From: Acidimicrobiia bacterium
GTDB lineage: Bacteria > Actinomycetota > Acidimicrobiia > Spongiisociales > ZC4RG35
Assembly (NCBI GenBank): GCA_028284765.1
Contig: JANQRA010000003.1
Location: 144,500 to 208,499 of the forward strand
Length of the DNA: 64,000 bases
Reading direction: 5' to 3'
In this document: positions 1 through 11,758 of the stretch, piece by piece
Numbering within the stretch: the stretch's first letter is position 1
Layout: the number at the start of each line of letters is the position of its first letter
Translations under genes and position numbers: made by a program
The notes under the pieces: generated by a model
The model's database searches: none
Seen by the model: the letters and a program-made list of their open reading frames with translations, nothing else
What the model was told of the DNA's origin: nothing

Positions 1-39
1 GCGGAGTCGAACAAGGCCTTCGCCCATTACCGGTGGTGA
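1..39 (+). CDS. rpsG: 30S ribosomal protein S7, C-terminal fragment; the gene starts upstream of the window
   Basis: Frame 1 translates to ...AESNKAFAHYRW followed by a TGA stop at 37-39. This is the canonical S7 C-terminus. Confidence 0.8.
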   Translation, partial: AESNKAFAHYRW

Positions 40-97
40 GTCTCGCTGAAGCGAGCTAACGCTCGCGAGCGAGACTTTCGAGTTGCTCCGCAACTCG
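40..97 (+). promoter_or_regulatory. Two stable hairpins in the rpsG-fusA intergenic region; possible attenuator or processing element
   Basis: Nested stem GTCTCGCT-gaa-GCGAGC-taac-GCTCGC-g-AGCGAGAC (40-75), followed by TTT. A second stem CGAGTTGC-tcc-GCAACTCG lies at 79-97. Confidence 0.35.
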
Positions 98-224
98 GAG
101 GCACCAACCGACAGATTTACAAACGAACGGTTCCCGTAGGCGGGCCCTCAAAAAACTCCCGGGCCCGAACCACAGGACGAGAACAGTTCAGAACTGAATA
201 ACGAGCCGGAGTAATAGAAAGAAA

Positions 225-2336
225 ATGAGCAACGACAACGCGCTGCATCACCTACGCGAGGTGCCCCTCAGCCGTACCCGAAACATCGGGATCATGGCCC
301 ATATCGACGCGGGCAAAACCACCCTCACCGAGCGAATCCTCTATTACACCGGCCGTAACTACAAGATCGGTGAGGTCCACGAAGGCGCCGCCACGATGGA
401 CTGGATGGAGCAGGAGCAGGAGCGTGGAATCACCATCACCTCTGCTGCCACCACTTGTATCTGGCACGAGCACGTCATCAACATCATCGACACCCCTGGT
501 CACGTTGACTTCACAGTTGAAGTCGAGCGTGCCCTTCGCATTCTCGACGGTGCAGTCGCCGTCTTCGACGGTGTCGCCGGTGTGGAGCCTCAGTCAGAGA
601 CCGTCTGGCGTCAGGCCGACCGCTACGGCGTTCCCCGAATCTGCTTCATCAACAAGCTCGACAGGACCGGAGCCGATTTCTACTTCGACGTCCAGTCGAT
701 CATCGATCGTCTTGGCGCAAAGCCTCTCGTCATGCAGCTCCCGATCGGCGCCGAAGCGGACTTCGCCGGTGTCATCGATCTGGTCGAGATGCGTGCCCAC
801 ACCTGGAAGGGTGACGACGGCAAGCAGTGGGAAACCGGTGACATTCCTGCCGATCTGGCAGACAAGGCCGCCGAGTATCGCGAGCAGTTGGTCGAGACAG
901 TCGCCGAGACGTCAGAGGAGCTTCTCGAGGCGTATCTCGAGAATGGCGATCTGACAGCCAAGGAGATTCAGGCTGGCGTGCGAGCCGGGACAATCGCTGG
1001 CGAGTTCACCCCCGTCTTCTGCGGTAGCGCATTCAAGAACAAGGGCGTGCAGCTTCTTCTCGACGCGATCGTCGCTTATCTGCCCAGTCCCGATGACCTA
1101 CCAATGACCAAGGGCTTCAAGCCGGGAGACGAAGAAGTCATCCTCGAGCGTAAGAACGACGACTCCGACCCGTTCTCAGCTCTTGCTTTCAAGATCATGT
1201 CCGATCCACACGTCGGAAAGCTCACCTACTTCAGGGTGTATTCAGGTCACCTGGCAAAGGGTGACACTGTTCTCAACACCACAACGGGCAAGAAAGAGCG
1301 CATCGGTCGTCTGCTTCGCATGCACGCCAACCACCGTGAAGACGTCGATGACATCTTCGCCGGCGACATCGTTGCCGGGATCGGATTCAAGAACACCACC
1401 ACTGGAGACACATTGGCGGCGGTCGACTCACCGATCCAACTCGAGTCGATGGAATTCCCCGCACCTGTCATCTCCGTCGCAATTGAGCCCAAGACCAAGT
1501 CGGACGAAGAGAAGCTCTCTTCGTCCTTGCACCGTCTCTCGGAGGAGGACCCCACGTTCCTGGTCCGTTCCGATGAAGAGACCGGTCAGACGATCATCTC
1601 GGGCATGGGCGAGCTCCACCTGGAGATCCTCGTCGATCGTCTACTCCGCGAGTTCAAGGTCGATGCCACGGTCGGCAAGCCACAGGTCGCATATCGCGAG
1701 ACCATCCGCAGGGGCATTGAGAAGGTCCAGTACAAGCATGTCAAGCAGTCCGGTGGTAAAGGTCAGTACGCCGACGTGGTGATCCACCTCGAGCCCACCG
1801 GCCCTGGCGGCGGTTACGAGTTCATCGACCAAATCAAAGGTGGCTCCGTCCCCCGTGAATACATCCCGTCAGTGGACGCCGGTATTGAAGAGGCCTTGGA
1901 CCAGGGCATCCTCGCCGGTTACCCACTCGTGGATGTCCGTGCGGTCCTCATCGATGGTTCTTCCCACGATGTCGACTCATCGGAGATGGCTTTCAAGATC
2001 GCCGGATCGATGGTGCTTCAGGAGGCCGCTCGCAAAGCGGGCGTGAAGCTCCTCGAGCCGGTAATGGACGTCGAGGTGACGACACCTGAGGAGTACATGG
2101 GTGATGTCATCGGCGACCTGAACTCTCGCCGGGGCAAAGTCGAGGGAATGACCCAACGTGGCAACAGCCAGGTCATCAAGGCCCAGGTGCCCATGTCGGA
2201 GATGTTCGGGTACGCCACCGACCTGCGGTCGAAGACGCAGGGACGTGCCACCTACTCAATGCAATTCAATTCATATCAGGACGTTCCTGATTCGATCGCC
2301 GAGGAAATCGTGGCGCACCGTCGCGGCGAGGCGTAA
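225..2336 (+). CDS. fusA: Elongation factor G
   Basis: 703 aa. G-domain motifs [17 protein letters not shown] and NKLD are present. The rpsG-fusA-tuf order is conserved. Confidence 0.97.
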   Translation: MSNDNALHHLREVPLSRTRNIGIMAHIDAGKTTLTERILYYTGRNYKIGEVHEGAATMDWMEQEQERGITITSAATTCIWHEHVINIIDTPGHVDFTVEVERALRILDGAVAVFDGVAGVEPQSETVWRQADRYGVPRICFINKLDRTGADFYFDVQSIIDRLGAKPLVMQLPIGAEADFAGVIDLVEMRAHTWKGDDGKQWETGDIPADLADKAAEYREQLVETVAETSEELLEAYLENGDLTAKEIQAGVRAGTIAGEFTPVFCGSAFKNKGVQLLLDAIVAYLPSPDDLPMTKGFKPGDEEVILERKNDDSDPFSALAFKIMSDPHVGKLTYFRVYSGHLAKGDTVLNTTTGKKERIGRLLRMHANHREDVDDIFAGDIVAGIGFKNTTTGDTLAAVDSPIQLESMEFPAPVISVAIEPKTKSDEEKLSSSLHRLSEEDPTFLVRSDEETGQTIISGMGELHLEILVDRLLREFKVDATVGKPQVAYRETIRRGIEKVQYKHVKQSGGKGQYADVVIHLEPTGPGGGYEFIDQIKGGSVPREYIPSVDAGIEEALDQGILAGYPLVDVRAVLIDGSSHDVDSSEMAFKIAGSMVLQEAARKAGVKLLEPVMDVEVTTPEEYMGDVIGDLNSRRGKVEGMTQRGNSQVIKAQVPMSEMFGYATDLRSKTQGRATYSMQFNSYQDVPDSIAEEIVAHRRGEA

Positions 2337-2356
2337 GGACAACTAGGAGAAAGACA

Positions 2357-3547
2357 ATGGCCAAAGAGAAGTTCGAGCGCACCAAGCCCCACATCAACGT
2401 CGGAACCATGGGCCACATCGACCATGGCAAGACGACGCTGACCGCTGCGATCACCAAGACGCTCGCCGAGCGGGTTGGTGGGACCAACCAGTTCACCGAG
2501 TTCGAGAACATCGACAAAGCACCGGAAGAGCGCGACCGCGGAATCACGATCTCGATTTCGCACGTGGAGTACGAGACGGAGAACCGTCACTACGCACACG
2601 TCGATATGCCAGGCCACGCTGACTACATCAAGAACATGATCACCGGCGCGGCGCAGGTGGACGGTGCGATCCTCGTCGTGTCCGCAGCTGACGGCCCGAT
2701 GCCGCAGACCCGTGAGCACGTTCTCCTCGCCCGTCAGGTCGGCGTCCCCTCGATCGTTGTGTTCCTCAACAAGGTCGACATGGTCGACGACGAGGAACTC
2801 CTCGATCTCGTCGAGCTCGAGGTTCGTGACCTCCTCACCGAGTACGAGTTCCCCGGCGACGACGCCCCGGTTGTTCGTGGCTCGGCCCTCAAGGCAATGG
2901 AAGGCGATGAGAGCGCCGGCGATCAGATCCTGGAGCTGATGGAGGCTGTTGACACCTACATCCCCGATCCCGAGCGTGACAATGAGAAGCCGTTCCTGAT
3001 GTCGATCGAGGACGTGTTCTCGATCACTGGACGTGGAACCGTGGTCACCGGTCGTATCGAGCAAGGTGTCCTCAACGTCAACGAAGAGGTTGAGATCGTC
3101 GGTATCCGGGACACGCAGAAGACTGTCGCCACCGGCATCGAGATGTTCCGCAAGCTGTTGGACCAGGGTCAGGCTGGCGACAACGTCGGTGTCCTGCTCC
3201 GTGGAATCGGCAAAGATGACGTGGAGCGTGGTCAGGTTCTGGCCAAGCCCGGATCGATCACTCCGCACACCGACTTCGAAGCTCAGGTTTACGTCCTGAC
3301 CAAGGAAGAGGGCGGACGTCACAACCCGTTCTTCCCCGGCTATCGCCCCCAGTTCTACTTCCGCACAACCGACGTCACCGGTTCGGTCAACTTGCCCGAA
3401 GGCACCCAGATGGTGATGCCTGGTGACAACACGGAGATGACGGTCGAGCTGATCGCTCCGATCGCCATGGACGAGGGACTCCGGTTCGCTATCCGTGAGG
3501 GTGGCCGGACCGTCGGAGCCGGACGAGTAGTGAAGATCACCAAGTAA
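2357..3547 (+). CDS. tuf: Elongation factor Tu
   Basis: 396 aa with [22 protein letters not shown] and NKVD motifs. A GGAGA ribosome-binding site lies upstream. Confidence 0.98.
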   Translation: MAKEKFERTKPHINVGTMGHIDHGKTTLTAAITKTLAERVGGTNQFTEFENIDKAPEERDRGITISISHVEYETENRHYAHVDMPGHADYIKNMITGAAQVDGAILVVSAADGPMPQTREHVLLARQVGVPSIVVFLNKVDMVDDEELLDLVELEVRDLLTEYEFPGDDAPVVRGSALKAMEGDESAGDQILELMEAVDTYIPDPERDNEKPFLMSIEDVFSITGRGTVVTGRIEQGVLNVNEEVEIVGIRDTQKTVATGIEMFRKLLDQGQAGDNVGVLLRGIGKDDVERGQVLAKPGSITPHTDFEAQVYVLTKEEGGRHNPFFPGYRPQFYFRTTDVTGSVNLPEGTQMVMPGDNTEMTVELIAPIAMDEGLRFAIREGGRTVGAGRVVKITK

Positions 3548-3855
3548 TGGCAGACCAGAAGATCAGGATCCGCTTGAAGGCTTACGACCACAACGTGGTC
3601 GACGAGTCCTCAAAGAAGATCACAGAGACGGTGCTCCGCACCGAGGCCAAGATCAAGGGCCCGGTGCCGCTCCCAACGGAGATTCACCGCTACTGCGTGA
3701 TTCGCGGTCCGCACGTGCACAAGACAGGCCGTGAGCACTTCGAGATGCGGATACACAAGCGTCTCATCGACATCCTCGAGCCGACCCCGAAGACGGTCGA
3801 CTCGCTGATGCGTCTCGAGTTGCCGGCTGGTGTCGAAGTCGAGATCAAGCTCTAA
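3547..3855 (+). CDS. rpsJ: 30S ribosomal protein S10
   Basis: 102 aa, [15 protein letters not shown]... The ATG overlaps the tuf TAA stop (TAATGG). Confidence 0.95.
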   Translation: MADQKIRIRLKAYDHNVVDESSKKITETVLRTEAKIKGPVPLPTEIHRYCVIRGPHVHKTGREHFEMRIHKRLIDILEPTPKTVDSLMRLELPAGVEVEIKL

Positions 3856-3862
3856 GGGATCG

Positions 3863-4504
3863 ATGATGAAAGCAATTCTCGGACAGAAACTGGGTATGAC
3901 CCAGATCTTTGACGAAGAGGCCCGGGCCATCCCGGTGACCGTCGTCAAGGCTGGGCCTGTTCAGGTCGTCCAAATCAAGACGATGGAGCGCGACGGTTAC
4001 AACGCCGTCCAGATCTCCTATGGATCGGCCAAGCCGAAGAACGTCAATCAGCCGACCTCCGGCCACTACGCCAAGGCTGGTGTCGCTCCTGGCAGCCATC
4101 TCATCGAGGTCAAGGTCGAAGACCCCTCAGAGTTCAAGGTTGGTCAGGAGATCAAAGTCGAAGAGATGTTCGAGGCCGGCGCCAAGGCCGACGTCAGCGG
4201 TGTTTCCAAAGGTAAGGGTTTCGCCGGGGTGATGAAGCGTCACAACTTCGCCGGTCAGAACGCCAGTCACGGAAACCACAAGAAGCACCGTGCTCCAGGC
4301 TCGATTGGCGCTTGCGCCACTCCGGCCCGTGTTTTCAAGGGCATGAAGATGGCCGGTCGGATGGGTGGCGAGAAAGTCACCACGTTGAATCTCGAGATCG
4401 CCGGTGTCGATGCCGAGCGCGGACTACTGCTCCTCAACGGGTCAGTTCCCGGTCCCAAAGGCTCCGTCGTACTCGTCAGAGAGGCGGTGAAGGCTCGTGG
4501 CTGA
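3863..4504 (+). CDS. rplC: 50S ribosomal protein L3
   Basis: [16 protein letters not shown]... is a typical L3 N-terminus. The ATG is 8 nt after the rpsJ stop with AAGGGA as ribosome-binding site. The ORF-track GTG at 3830 lies inside rpsJ and was rejected. Confidence 0.93.
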   Translation: MMKAILGQKLGMTQIFDEEARAIPVTVVKAGPVQVVQIKTMERDGYNAVQISYGSAKPKNVNQPTSGHYAKAGVAPGSHLIEVKVEDPSEFKVGQEIKVEEMFEAGAKADVSGVSKGKGFAGVMKRHNFAGQNASHGNHKKHRAPGSIGACATPARVFKGMKMAGRMGGEKVTTLNLEIAGVDAERGLLLLNGSVPGPKGSVVLVREAVKARG

Positions 4505-5231
4505 TCTCAAAGCTCCGCTCTTCAAGGCAGATGGAAAGGCCAGCGGCGACGTCAAGCTCGACGCCGAGGTCTTTGGCATCGAGCCCAACATGGACGTTCT
4601 GCACCAGGTCGTCACAGCACAGCTGGCAGCTGCCCGCGCCGGGACCGCCAAGACCAAGACCAGGTCTGAGGTCCGCGGTGGTGGTCGCAAGCCCTGGCGC
4701 CAGAAAGGTCTGGGCCGTGCTCGTCACGGATCGATCCGTTCCCCGATCTGGGTCGGTGGTGGAGTCGCTCATGGACCCCAGCCCCGCGACTACAGCCAGC
4801 GGACACCCAAGAAGATGAAGCGTCTAGCCCTCCATTCGGCTCTTTCGGCCCGTGCTTCAGAAGAGGCGGTCAAGGTCGTCGATGAGTTCGACTGGTCGGC
4901 TCCCAAGACGAAACAGGCCGTAGGTCTGCTCGCAGCGATGGACTCACCCGGAAAGACTGTTGTGGTGCTCAGCGCCCTCGATGGCGCGGCCGCAAAGTCG
5001 TTCCGGAACCTTCCGGACGTGCGTCTGGTCGAACCCGGCCACCTCACGGCATACGACGTCCTCTGGTCAGACCAAATCGTTTTCACTTCCCACACCGTGG
5101 GTTCGGTTGGACGAGCGAGCTCCTATGAAGTCAGCGAGTCCGACTTCGTCAAAGACGACGCCTCCGCCGATGGCGGAGGTAACGACTTCGACTCCGTCGA
5201 AGATCGTGCAGACGGAGGAGAGGAAGAATGA
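4497..5231 (+). CDS. rplD: 50S ribosomal protein L4, with an acidic C-terminal tail
   Basis: GTG start, [22 protein letters not shown]... The start overlaps the rplC stop. Confidence 0.93.
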   Translation: MADLKAPLFKADGKASGDVKLDAEVFGIEPNMDVLHQVVTAQLAAARAGTAKTKTRSEVRGGGRKPWRQKGLGRARHGSIRSPIWVGGGVAHGPQPRDYSQRTPKKMKRLALHSALSARASEEAVKVVDEFDWSAPKTKQAVGLLAAMDSPGKTVVVLSALDGAAAKSFRNLPDVRLVEPGHLTAYDVLWSDQIVFTSHTVGSVGRASSYEVSESDFVKDDASADGGGNDFDSVEDRADGGEEE

Positions 5232-5515
5232 AAACTTCCTACGACATCATCCTCGCTCCGGTTGTCTCGGAGAAGTCCTACGACCTGATCGAGGAGCAAA
5301 ACACATACACCTTCGAAGTTGACCCCCGCTCCAACAAAGAGGAGATCAGGGATGCCGTCGAAGAAGTCTTCGGCGTCAGCGTCGTCAGGGTGAACACCAT
5401 GAACCGCAAGGGAAAGGTCAAGCGCACCGGCTACAAGCTCGGTAAGCGCAAGGACGTCAAGCGCGCCGTGGTCACTCTCGTCGAAGGCGATTCGATCGAT
5501 CTGTTCGGAGTCTGA
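5228..5515 (+). CDS. rplW: 50S ribosomal protein L23
   Basis: 95 aa with ATGA overlap onto rplD. Confidence 0.93.
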   Translation: MKTSYDIILAPVVSEKSYDLIEEQNTYTFEVDPRSNKEEIRDAVEEVFGVSVVRVNTMNRKGKVKRTGYKLGKRKDVKRAVVTLVEGDSIDLFGV

Positions 5516-5516
5516 G

Positions 5517-6350
5517 ATGGCAGTCAAGAAACGCAAACCAACTTCACCGGGACGACGATTCCAGACGGTCTCGGATTTCGCCGAGATCACGGATTCGAAG
5601 CCCGAAAAGTCGCTGATCGCCAAGAAAGGCAAGACCGGTGGTCGGAACACCTATGGCCGTGTGACATCGCGCCACCGTGGAGGTGGGCACAAGCAGCGCT
5701 ATCGCGTCATCGACTTCAAGCGTGACAAGGACGGGATCCCCGCCCGAGTCGCTTCGATTCAGTACGACCCCAACCGAAACGCACGGATCGCACTTCTCAA
5801 CTATGTCGATGGTGAGAAGCGCTACATCATTGCTCCACTCGGTGTGAAGGTCGACGATCGTCTCGAGTCCGGCTCGAGCGCCGACATTCGTCCGGGCAAC
5901 GCACTACCTCTTCGCAACATCCCTTCGGGAACGATGGTCCATGCCATCGAGATGCGTCCTGGTGGCGGGGCCAAGATGGCCCGTTCCGCCGGCGCTGCGG
6001 TTCAGCTGATGACCAAGGAAGGCGACCTTGCCCTCCTTCGTCTCCCCTCAGGTGAGATGCGTCAGGTGCCACTCGACTGCAAGGCCACGGTTGGTCAGGT
6101 TGGGAACACCGAAGCCGAGCTCATCAAGCTGGGCAAGGCCGGCCGGAACCGCTGGAAGGGTGTCAGACCTCAAACAAGAGGCGTTGCGATGAACCCGGTC
6201 GACCACCCGCTCGGTGGTGGTGAAGGCAAGTCCTCCGGTGGACGTCACCCGGTGAGCCCTTGGGGCAAGCCCGAGGCCCGTACCCGGTCGAAAAAGAAGG
6301 CTTCCAACAAGTACATCGTCAGACGTCGATCCAAGAAAGGCAGGCGCTAG
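5517..6350 (+). CDS. rplB: 50S ribosomal protein L2
   Basis: 277 aa, conserved L2 sequence ([18 protein letters not shown]). Confidence 0.96.
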   Translation: MAVKKRKPTSPGRRFQTVSDFAEITDSKPEKSLIAKKGKTGGRNTYGRVTSRHRGGGHKQRYRVIDFKRDKDGIPARVASIQYDPNRNARIALLNYVDGEKRYIIAPLGVKVDDRLESGSSADIRPGNALPLRNIPSGTMVHAIEMRPGGGAKMARSAGAAVQLMTKEGDLALLRLPSGEMRQVPLDCKATVGQVGNTEAELIKLGKAGRNRWKGVRPQTRGVAMNPVDHPLGGGEGKSSGGRHPVSPWGKPEARTRSKKKASNKYIVRRRSKKGRR

Positions 6351-6626
6351 ATGAGTCGGTCATTGAAGAAGGGCCCCTTTGTCGACGAGCACCTCGCCAA
6401 CAAGGTCGACGCGCTCAACGACTCGGGCCAGAAGCGTGTGATCAGGACCTGGTCACGCCGCTCAACGATTATCCCGGAGATGATCGGTCACACGATCGCG
6501 GTGCACGACGGTCGCAAGCATGTGCCTGTCTACATCACCGAGTCGATGGTCGGCCACAAGCTGGGTGAGTTCGCTCCCACCCGGACCTTCCGTGGCCATG
6601 CCGAGAAGGCGGCAACCCGCACATGA
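6351..6626 (+). CDS. rpsS: 30S ribosomal protein S19
   Basis: [15 protein letters not shown]... Confidence 0.96.
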   Translation: MSRSLKKGPFVDEHLANKVDALNDSGQKRVIRTWSRRSTIIPEMIGHTIAVHDGRKHVPVYITESMVGHKLGEFAPTRTFRGHAEKAATRT

Positions 6627-6979
6627 AAGTCAAGGCTCACTCCCGCTACATCCGGCAGTCGCCATACAAGGTGCGCCGTGTTCTCGACCTCATCCGGGGT
6701 CTCCCGGTCGAGGAGGCTGAGTACGTCCTACGACTGACCAACCGTGCAGCGGCCACACCGATCAAGAAGACGATGATGTCTGCCGTCGCCAACGCCGAAC
6801 ACAACCACGCTCTGGACGCTGAAGACTTGATCGTCGCTGAGGCGTATGCGGACGAGGGACCGACCCTTCGTCGTTTCAAGCCGCGGGCCCGAGGTCGTGC
6901 GACCCGCATCGACAAGAGAACAAGCCATATAACGATTGTCGTAGCTGACATGTCCGAAATGACTGAGGAGGTGAACTGA
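6623..6979 (+). CDS. rplV: 50S ribosomal protein L22
   Basis: 118 aa, ATGA overlap with rpsS. Confidence 0.94.
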   Translation: MKVKAHSRYIRQSPYKVRRVLDLIRGLPVEEAEYVLRLTNRAAATPIKKTMMSAVANAEHNHALDAEDLIVAEAYADEGPTLRRFKPRARGRATRIDKRTSHITIVVADMSEMTEEVN

Positions 6980-8046
6980 TGGGTCAGAAGACACACCCCT
7001 ACTCATTCCGGCTGGGCGTCGCTACCGACTGGAAGTCCAAGTGGTTTTCGACGAAGGACTACGTCGAGTTCGTAAATGAAGATTTCAAGATCCGCGACTA
7101 CCTGCGCGGCGAACTTCAGCGTGGGGCCGTCTCGCGTATCGATATCGAGCGCACCCGCGATCGTCTCATCGTCGACATCCACACGGCCCGTCCCGGCGTC
7201 GTCATCGGCCGCAAGGGTTCAGAGGCCGAGCGTCTCCGCAACGGTCTGGAAGAGATGACCGGCGGTCGGGTGAAGCTCAACATCAACGAGGTCAAAGACC
7301 CCGACCTCGATGCTGCGCTGCTCGCCAGAGGCATCGCTGATCAACTCGAGAACCGAATCGCCTTCCGTCGCGCCATGAAGCGTGCGGTCGCCTCTGCTCT
7401 CAAAGCAGGTGCCGAAGGCGTCCGTGTCGAGTGCAAGGGTCGACTCGGTGGCGCAGATATGGGTCGCCGTGAGTGGTATCGCGAAGGTCGTGTTCCGCTC
7501 CACACCCTCCGTGCCGACATCGACTTCGGCACAGCCACCGCAAGGACCACCGTTGGCGCCATTGGCGTCAAAGTCTGGGTCTATCGCGGTGATGTGATGG
7601 AGCGAGCCTCACTCTCAGGTGAACGTATCGCAGCCGAGGCCGATCTGGCCACAGGTGGTCCGGCAAGGCGGACTCAAAAGAGCCTGAAGTCCCGCGCCGA
7701 AGAGGCAGCGGGCGTAGAGACTTCCAAGCCACGTCTCATCGAAGCCGGGGGCGGCAAGCGCCCGGTCGAGGAGATCGGCAAGGAAACCGGCGGACGGAAA
7801 CTGATCGAGGCTGGCGGGGGACGTCGTCCCACAGCTGCCGAGGCTCAGGTCCAATACGAGTCCGCCCAGGAAGACGCCTCGGCCAAGGCCGAGGTTGCGG
7901 AAGCCGATGCGTCACCTGACGGTGACGCGCCAACTACTGACGAGACCGCAGCACAGGTTGCTGCCGAGTCGGACGTAGCGGCACCTTCCGCTGAAGCGGA
8001 AGTCGATGCAGTTGTTGACACAACTGCGAAAGAAGAAGAGGAGTAA
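6979..8046 (+). CDS. rpsC: 30S ribosomal protein S3 with a ~120-aa Ala/Glu-rich C-terminal extension
   Basis: 355 aa. The N-terminal ~235 aa is canonical S3 (KH domain, [10 protein letters not shown]). The tail contains the tandem repeat [10 protein letters not shown] / [10 protein letters not shown]. Confidence 0.93.
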   Translation: MGQKTHPYSFRLGVATDWKSKWFSTKDYVEFVNEDFKIRDYLRGELQRGAVSRIDIERTRDRLIVDIHTARPGVVIGRKGSEAERLRNGLEEMTGGRVKLNINEVKDPDLDAALLARGIADQLENRIAFRRAMKRAVASALKAGAEGVRVECKGRLGGADMGRREWYREGRVPLHTLRADIDFGTATARTTVGAIGVKVWVYRGDVMERASLSGERIAAEADLATGGPARRTQKSLKSRAEEAAGVETSKPRLIEAGGGKRPVEEIGKETGGRKLIEAGGGRRPTAAEAQVQYESAQEDASAKAEVAEADASPDGDAPTTDETAAQVAAESDVAAPSAEAEVDAVVDTTAKEEEE

Positions 8047-8052
8047 CCGGTC

Positions 8053-8466
8053 ATGTTGATGCCCAAGAGAACGAAGCACCGCAAGGTGCATCGCGGGCGC
8101 ATGTCCGGCGTCGCCAAAGGCGGCACCACCGTGAACTTCGGTGAGTATGGACTTCAGGCTCTCGAGCCTGGCTGGATCACAGCCCGCCAGATCGAGTCAG
8201 CCCGTGTTGCCATCACCCGTGCGGTCAAGCGTGGAGGAAAAGTCTGGATCACGATCTTCCCGGACAAGCCTGTCACGCAGAAGCCGGCTGAGACCCGAAT
8301 GGGCTCCGGCAAGGGAAACCCCGAGTTCTGGGTGTCCGTGGTGAAGCCTGGACGTGTCATGTTCGAGCTTGCTGGTGTGGATGAGGAGCTGGCCCGTGAG
8401 GCTATGCGCAAGGCCGGCCACAAGCTTCCGATCAAGACCCGCATCGTGAGCAGGGAGGACGCATGA
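8053..8466 (+). CDS. rplP: 50S ribosomal protein L16
   Basis: [17 protein letters not shown]... Confidence 0.96.
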   Translation: MLMPKRTKHRKVHRGRMSGVAKGGTTVNFGEYGLQALEPGWITARQIESARVAITRAVKRGGKVWITIFPDKPVTQKPAETRMGSGKGNPEFWVSVVKPGRVMFELAGVDEELAREAMRKAGHKLPIKTRIVSREDA

Positions 8467-8672
8467 GCGTCGCCGAACTCAGAGAGCTCACCAATGAGGA
8501 GCTGAACGAAGCGCTCATGGAGGCCAAAGAGGAGAAGTTCAATCTCCGCTTCCAGGTGGCGACAAACCAGCTCGACAACACAGCCCGTCTCACGACGGTG
8601 AAGAAAGAGATCGCTCAGATCCTCACGATTCTGAAGGAACGTGAGAACGCAGAGGAGACATCTGATGTCTGA
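8463..8672 (+). CDS. rpmC: 50S ribosomal protein L29
   Basis: 69 aa, [16 protein letters not shown]... Confidence 0.92.
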   Translation: MSVAELRELTNEELNEALMEAKEEKFNLRFQVATNQLDNTARLTTVKKEIAQILTILKERENAEETSDV

Positions 8673-8922
8673 TAGGAACAGCCGCAAGGTCCGTGTCGGC
8701 GTCGTCATCTCCGATGCCCGTGACAAGACGGTGACTGTTGAGGTCGCCAACTCGTCCCGGCACCCGCGTTACGACAAAATCGTCCGGACCTCCAAGAAAT
8801 ATCACGCCCATGACGAGGCCAACGACGCCAACATGGGAGACACGGTCCGCATCATGGAGACCCGTCCCATCTCGAAACAGAAGAGGTGGCGCGTGGTCGA
8901 AGTCGTGGAGCGTGCTCGATGA
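8665..8922 (+). CDS. rpsQ: 30S ribosomal protein S17
   Basis: Internal ATG of the ORF at 8641. [25 protein letters not shown]... overlaps the rpmC 3' end. Confidence 0.9.
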   Translation: MSDRNSRKVRVGVVISDARDKTVTVEVANSSRHPRYDKIVRTSKKYHAHDEANDANMGDTVRIMETRPISKQKRWRVVEVVERAR

Positions 8923-9287
8923 TCCAGCAGGAGTCCCGTCTCAAAGTGGCGGACAACACCGGCGCGCGTGAGGTGCTTTGCATCCGCGTGCTCGGTGGCT
9001 CGTCCCGTCGCTATGCAGGCGTGGGTGATGTCATCGTCGGGTCTGTCAAGGAGGCGACTCCTGGCGGCTCGGTGAAGAAAGGCGAAGTGGTCCGTGCCGT
9101 TGTAGTGCGTACCAAGAAGGAATCCCGTCGTCAGGACGGCACCTACATTCGCTTCGACGACAACGCCTGCGTGATCATTGACACCAACCGCCAGCCACGC
9201 GGGACCCGCATCTTCGGTCCTGTGGCACGAGAGCTGCGCGACGAGCGCTTCATGCGCATCGTCTCGCTCGCACCGGAGGTGCTCTGA
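8919..9287 (+). CDS. rplN: 50S ribosomal protein L14
   Basis: [19 protein letters not shown]..., ATGA overlap with rpsQ. Confidence 0.93.
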   Translation: MIQQESRLKVADNTGAREVLCIRVLGGSSRRYAGVGDVIVGSVKEATPGGSVKKGEVVRAVVVRTKKESRRQDGTYIRFDDNACVIIDTNRQPRGTRIFGPVARELRDERFMRIVSLAPEVL

Positions 9288-9592
9288 TGAAACTCAAGAA
9301 GGGTGACACTGTGATGGTCATTGCCGGCAAAGACGCCGGCAGAGAGTCGACCATCTCGCGTGTTCTTCCCGCCAAGAACAAAGTACAAGTCGAAGGTGTC
9401 AATACCGCCAAGCGTCACACCAAGCCAACCGGTGCGACCATGCAGGGAGGCATCATCGACAAGGACATGCCGATCGATGCTTCGAACGTCATGATCGTCT
9501 GTAAGGACTGTGGGCCGACTCGAATCGGATACCGCTTCGATGATGACGGCAACAAGCACCGGCGCTGTGTGAAGTGTGGGACTGACCTATGA
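9287..9592 (+). CDS. rplX: 50S ribosomal protein L24
   Basis: 101 aa, [18 protein letters not shown]... Confidence 0.93.
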   Translation: MKLKKGDTVMVIAGKDAGRESTISRVLPAKNKVQVEGVNTAKRHTKPTGATMQGGIIDKDMPIDASNVMIVCKDCGPTRIGYRFDDDGNKHRRCVKCGTDL

Positions 9593-10152
9593 GCGATCAA
9601 CCACGTCTCAAGACGCAGTACGAGAACGAGATCGCAGCCAAGCTGAAGGATCAGCTGGGCCTGGACAACGTGATGGAGGTTCCGACCTTCGAGAAGATCG
9701 TCGTCAACATGGGCCTTGGCGAGGCCATAGCCAACAAGAAGGCAGTTGAGGAGGCAAGCGAAGAGCTTGCCTTGATCACCGGCCAGAAGCCGAAGGTCAA
9801 TCGCGCTCGTAAGTCGATTGCGAACTTCAAGCTCCGTGAAGGCATGCCTATTGGCGTGTCGGTCACTTTGCGTGGTGCACGTATGTGGGAGTTCTTCGAC
9901 CGGCTCGTGTCTGTGGCGATTCCTCGCGTCCGCGACTTCCGTGGCCTCAACCCACGGGCGTTCGACGGTCATGGCAACTACAGCGTTGGTGCCTCCGAGC
10001 AGCTCATCTTTCCCGAGATCGATTTCGACTCGGTGACCGAGACTCGTGGCATGAACATCACGATCGTCACAACCGCCAACAACGACGAGGCAGGAAAGGC
10101 CCTCCTCGACGCGTTCGGGTTCCCCTTCCGCAAGGTCGGAGCCGAGGTTTAG
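9589..10152 (+). CDS. rplE: 50S ribosomal protein L5
   Basis: 187 aa, conserved L5 sequence. Confidence 0.95.
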   Translation: MSDQPRLKTQYENEIAAKLKDQLGLDNVMEVPTFEKIVVNMGLGEAIANKKAVEEASEELALITGQKPKVNRARKSIANFKLREGMPIGVSVTLRGARMWEFFDRLVSVAIPRVRDFRGLNPRAFDGHGNYSVGASEQLIFPEIDFDSVTETRGMNITIVTTANNDEAGKALLDAFGFPFRKVGAEV

Positions 10153-10160
10153 GAGGAGTT

Positions 10161-10466
10161 ATGGCCAAGAAATCAAAGATCGCAAAGAACAACAAGCGGA
10201 GGGCTCTGGTCGAGCGCTACGCAGATCGCCGTGCCGAACTGGTAGCCATCACGAAGGATCCCAACGCCTCGTTTGCTGACAAGCGTGCGGCATACCAGGA
10301 GATCGCCAAGATGCCGCGAGACGCCAGCGCAACGCGCGTGCGCAACCGCTGTGAGATAACCGGAAGGCCTCGGGCGTATCTGCGTCAGTTCGGGATGTCG
10401 AGGATTGCCGTGCGCGAGCTCGCCTCCAAAGGGGAGCTTCCGGGAGTCAGAAAGGCTTCATGGTGA
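10161..10466 (+). CDS. rpsN: 30S ribosomal protein S14, 101-aa zinc-independent type
   Basis: ATG at 10161 preceded by [26 protein letters not shown]... has only one Cys. It is embedded in an alternative-frame 193-aa ORF. Confidence 0.92.
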   Translation: MAKKSKIAKNNKRRALVERYADRRAELVAITKDPNASFADKRAAYQEIAKMPRDASATRVRNRCEITGRPRAYLRQFGMSRIAVRELASKGELPGVRKASW

Positions 10467-10864
10467 CACTCGTTACAGATCCCATCGCCGACATGCTCAC
10501 CCGCATCCGCAATGCAGTTGCGGTGGGTCATGAGCGGGTTGCGATGCCGTCATCCAAAATGAAAGTCAATATCGCCCAGATCCTGGTTGATGAAGGATTC
10601 ATCGACCGGTTTGAAGTCGCCGAAGAGGGTCATCGTCGTGAGCTGGAGCTCGTGTTGCGTTATGCCGACCGTCGTCGCTCGGTCATAGAGGGCCTGCGGC
10701 GGATCTCCCGCCCCGGTCACCGCGTCTACCGCGGCGCCCAAGAGCTCCCTCGTGTCCAAGGTGGTCTCGGTGTGGCCGTCGTCTCCACGAGCCAGGGGCT
10801 CATGGCGGACCGAGAGGCTCGCAAGCGTCGTTTGGGTGGCGAGATCATCTGCGAGGTGTGGTGA
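10460..10864 (+). CDS. rpsH: 30S ribosomal protein S8
   Basis: [19 protein letters not shown]... Confidence 0.95.
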   Translation: MVTLVTDPIADMLTRIRNAVAVGHERVAMPSSKMKVNIAQILVDEGFIDRFEVAEEGHRRELELVLRYADRRRSVIEGLRRISRPGHRVYRGAQELPRVQGGLGVAVVSTSQGLMADREARKRRLGGEIICEVW

Positions 10865-11406
10865 TGAGCCGCATCGGTAAGAAGCCGATCGACGTGCCCA
10901 GCGGAGTCGACATCAAGATCGATGGTCAAGACGTGGTCGTGAAGGGCTCCAAAGGAGAGCTCAGCCGCACGTTCAACGAGCGGATCGGGTTCGAGATGGA
11001 AGATGGTGTTCTCACCCTCACCCGTCCTGACGATTCACGTGAGTCACGTGCTCTGCACGGTCTCAGCCGGGCCCTCCTCAACAACATGGTTGTTGGTGTG
11101 TCCGACGGATTCGTTAAGGAGCTCGAGATTCACGGCGTGGGTTACCGCGCCACCCTCAAAGGCAAGGACATCGAGCTTTTGGTCGGTTTCAGCCACCCCG
11201 TCAACGTCCAGGCCCCGGAGGGCATCACGTTCGAGGTACCCGAGCAGACCAAGATCGTCGTCTCGGGTATCGACAAGGAGTTGGTCGGCCAGGTTGCGGC
11301 CAACATCCGCAAGGTCCGTCCCCCCGAGCCCTACAAGGGCAAGGGCATCCGCTATGTGGGCGAATACGTCCGCCGCAAGGCCGGAAAGGCAGGTGCCACC
11401 GCATGA
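10864..11406 (+). CDS. rplF: 50S ribosomal protein L6
   Basis: [15 protein letters not shown]... The ATG overlaps the rpsH TGA by 1 nt. Confidence 0.94.
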   Translation: MSRIGKKPIDVPSGVDIKIDGQDVVVKGSKGELSRTFNERIGFEMEDGVLTLTRPDDSRESRALHGLSRALLNNMVVGVSDGFVKELEIHGVGYRATLKGKDIELLVGFSHPVNVQAPEGITFEVPEQTKIVVSGIDKELVGQVAANIRKVRPPEPYKGKGIRYVGEYVRRKAGKAGATA

Positions 11407-11756
11407 GAGGTACCCGTTTGGACGCCCGTAGCCGGAGACACAACAGGGTTCGTAAGAGTGTGCGTGGCACACCGGAGCGCCCCCGTCTCGCGGTCTACAG
11501 GTCTAACAAGTACATCTACGCCCAGGTCATCGATGACCACGAGGGCCGAACCCTGGCAGCAGCGTCGTCACAGGAGTCAGACCTCCGTGGCGAAGGTCTC
11601 ACTTCCGAGACTGCAGCCAAGGTCGGGACACTCGTCGCCGATCGAGCGAAAGAAGCCGGAGTCAGCTCCGTCGTCTTCGACCGGGGTGGTTACAAGTATC
11701 ACGGAAGATTGAAGGCCCTCGCTGACGCCGCGCGAGAAGCCGGTTTGGAGTTTTAG
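11403..11756 (+). CDS. rplR: 50S ribosomal protein L18
   Basis: 117 aa, conserved L18. Confidence 0.93.
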   Translation: MRGTRLDARSRRHNRVRKSVRGTPERPRLAVYRSNKYIYAQVIDDHEGRTLAAASSQESDLRGEGLTSETAAKVGTLVADRAKEAGVSSVVFDRGGYKYHGRLKALADAAREAGLEF

Positions 11757-11758
11757 GA

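Noticed and set aside
2276-3322. 348-aa minus-strand ORF antisense to tuf. Similar long antisense or alternative-frame ORFs occur throughout, for example 370-954, 9415-9972, 22804-23808, 35029-36018, 37526-38503, 39262-40173, 51514-52248, 54458-55132 and 58159-59139.
   Set aside because: High-GC genomes generate long spurious open frames opposite real genes. All of these lie entirely inside strongly supported conserved genes, have Arg/Ser/Pro-rich low-complexity translations, and no ribosome-binding sites.
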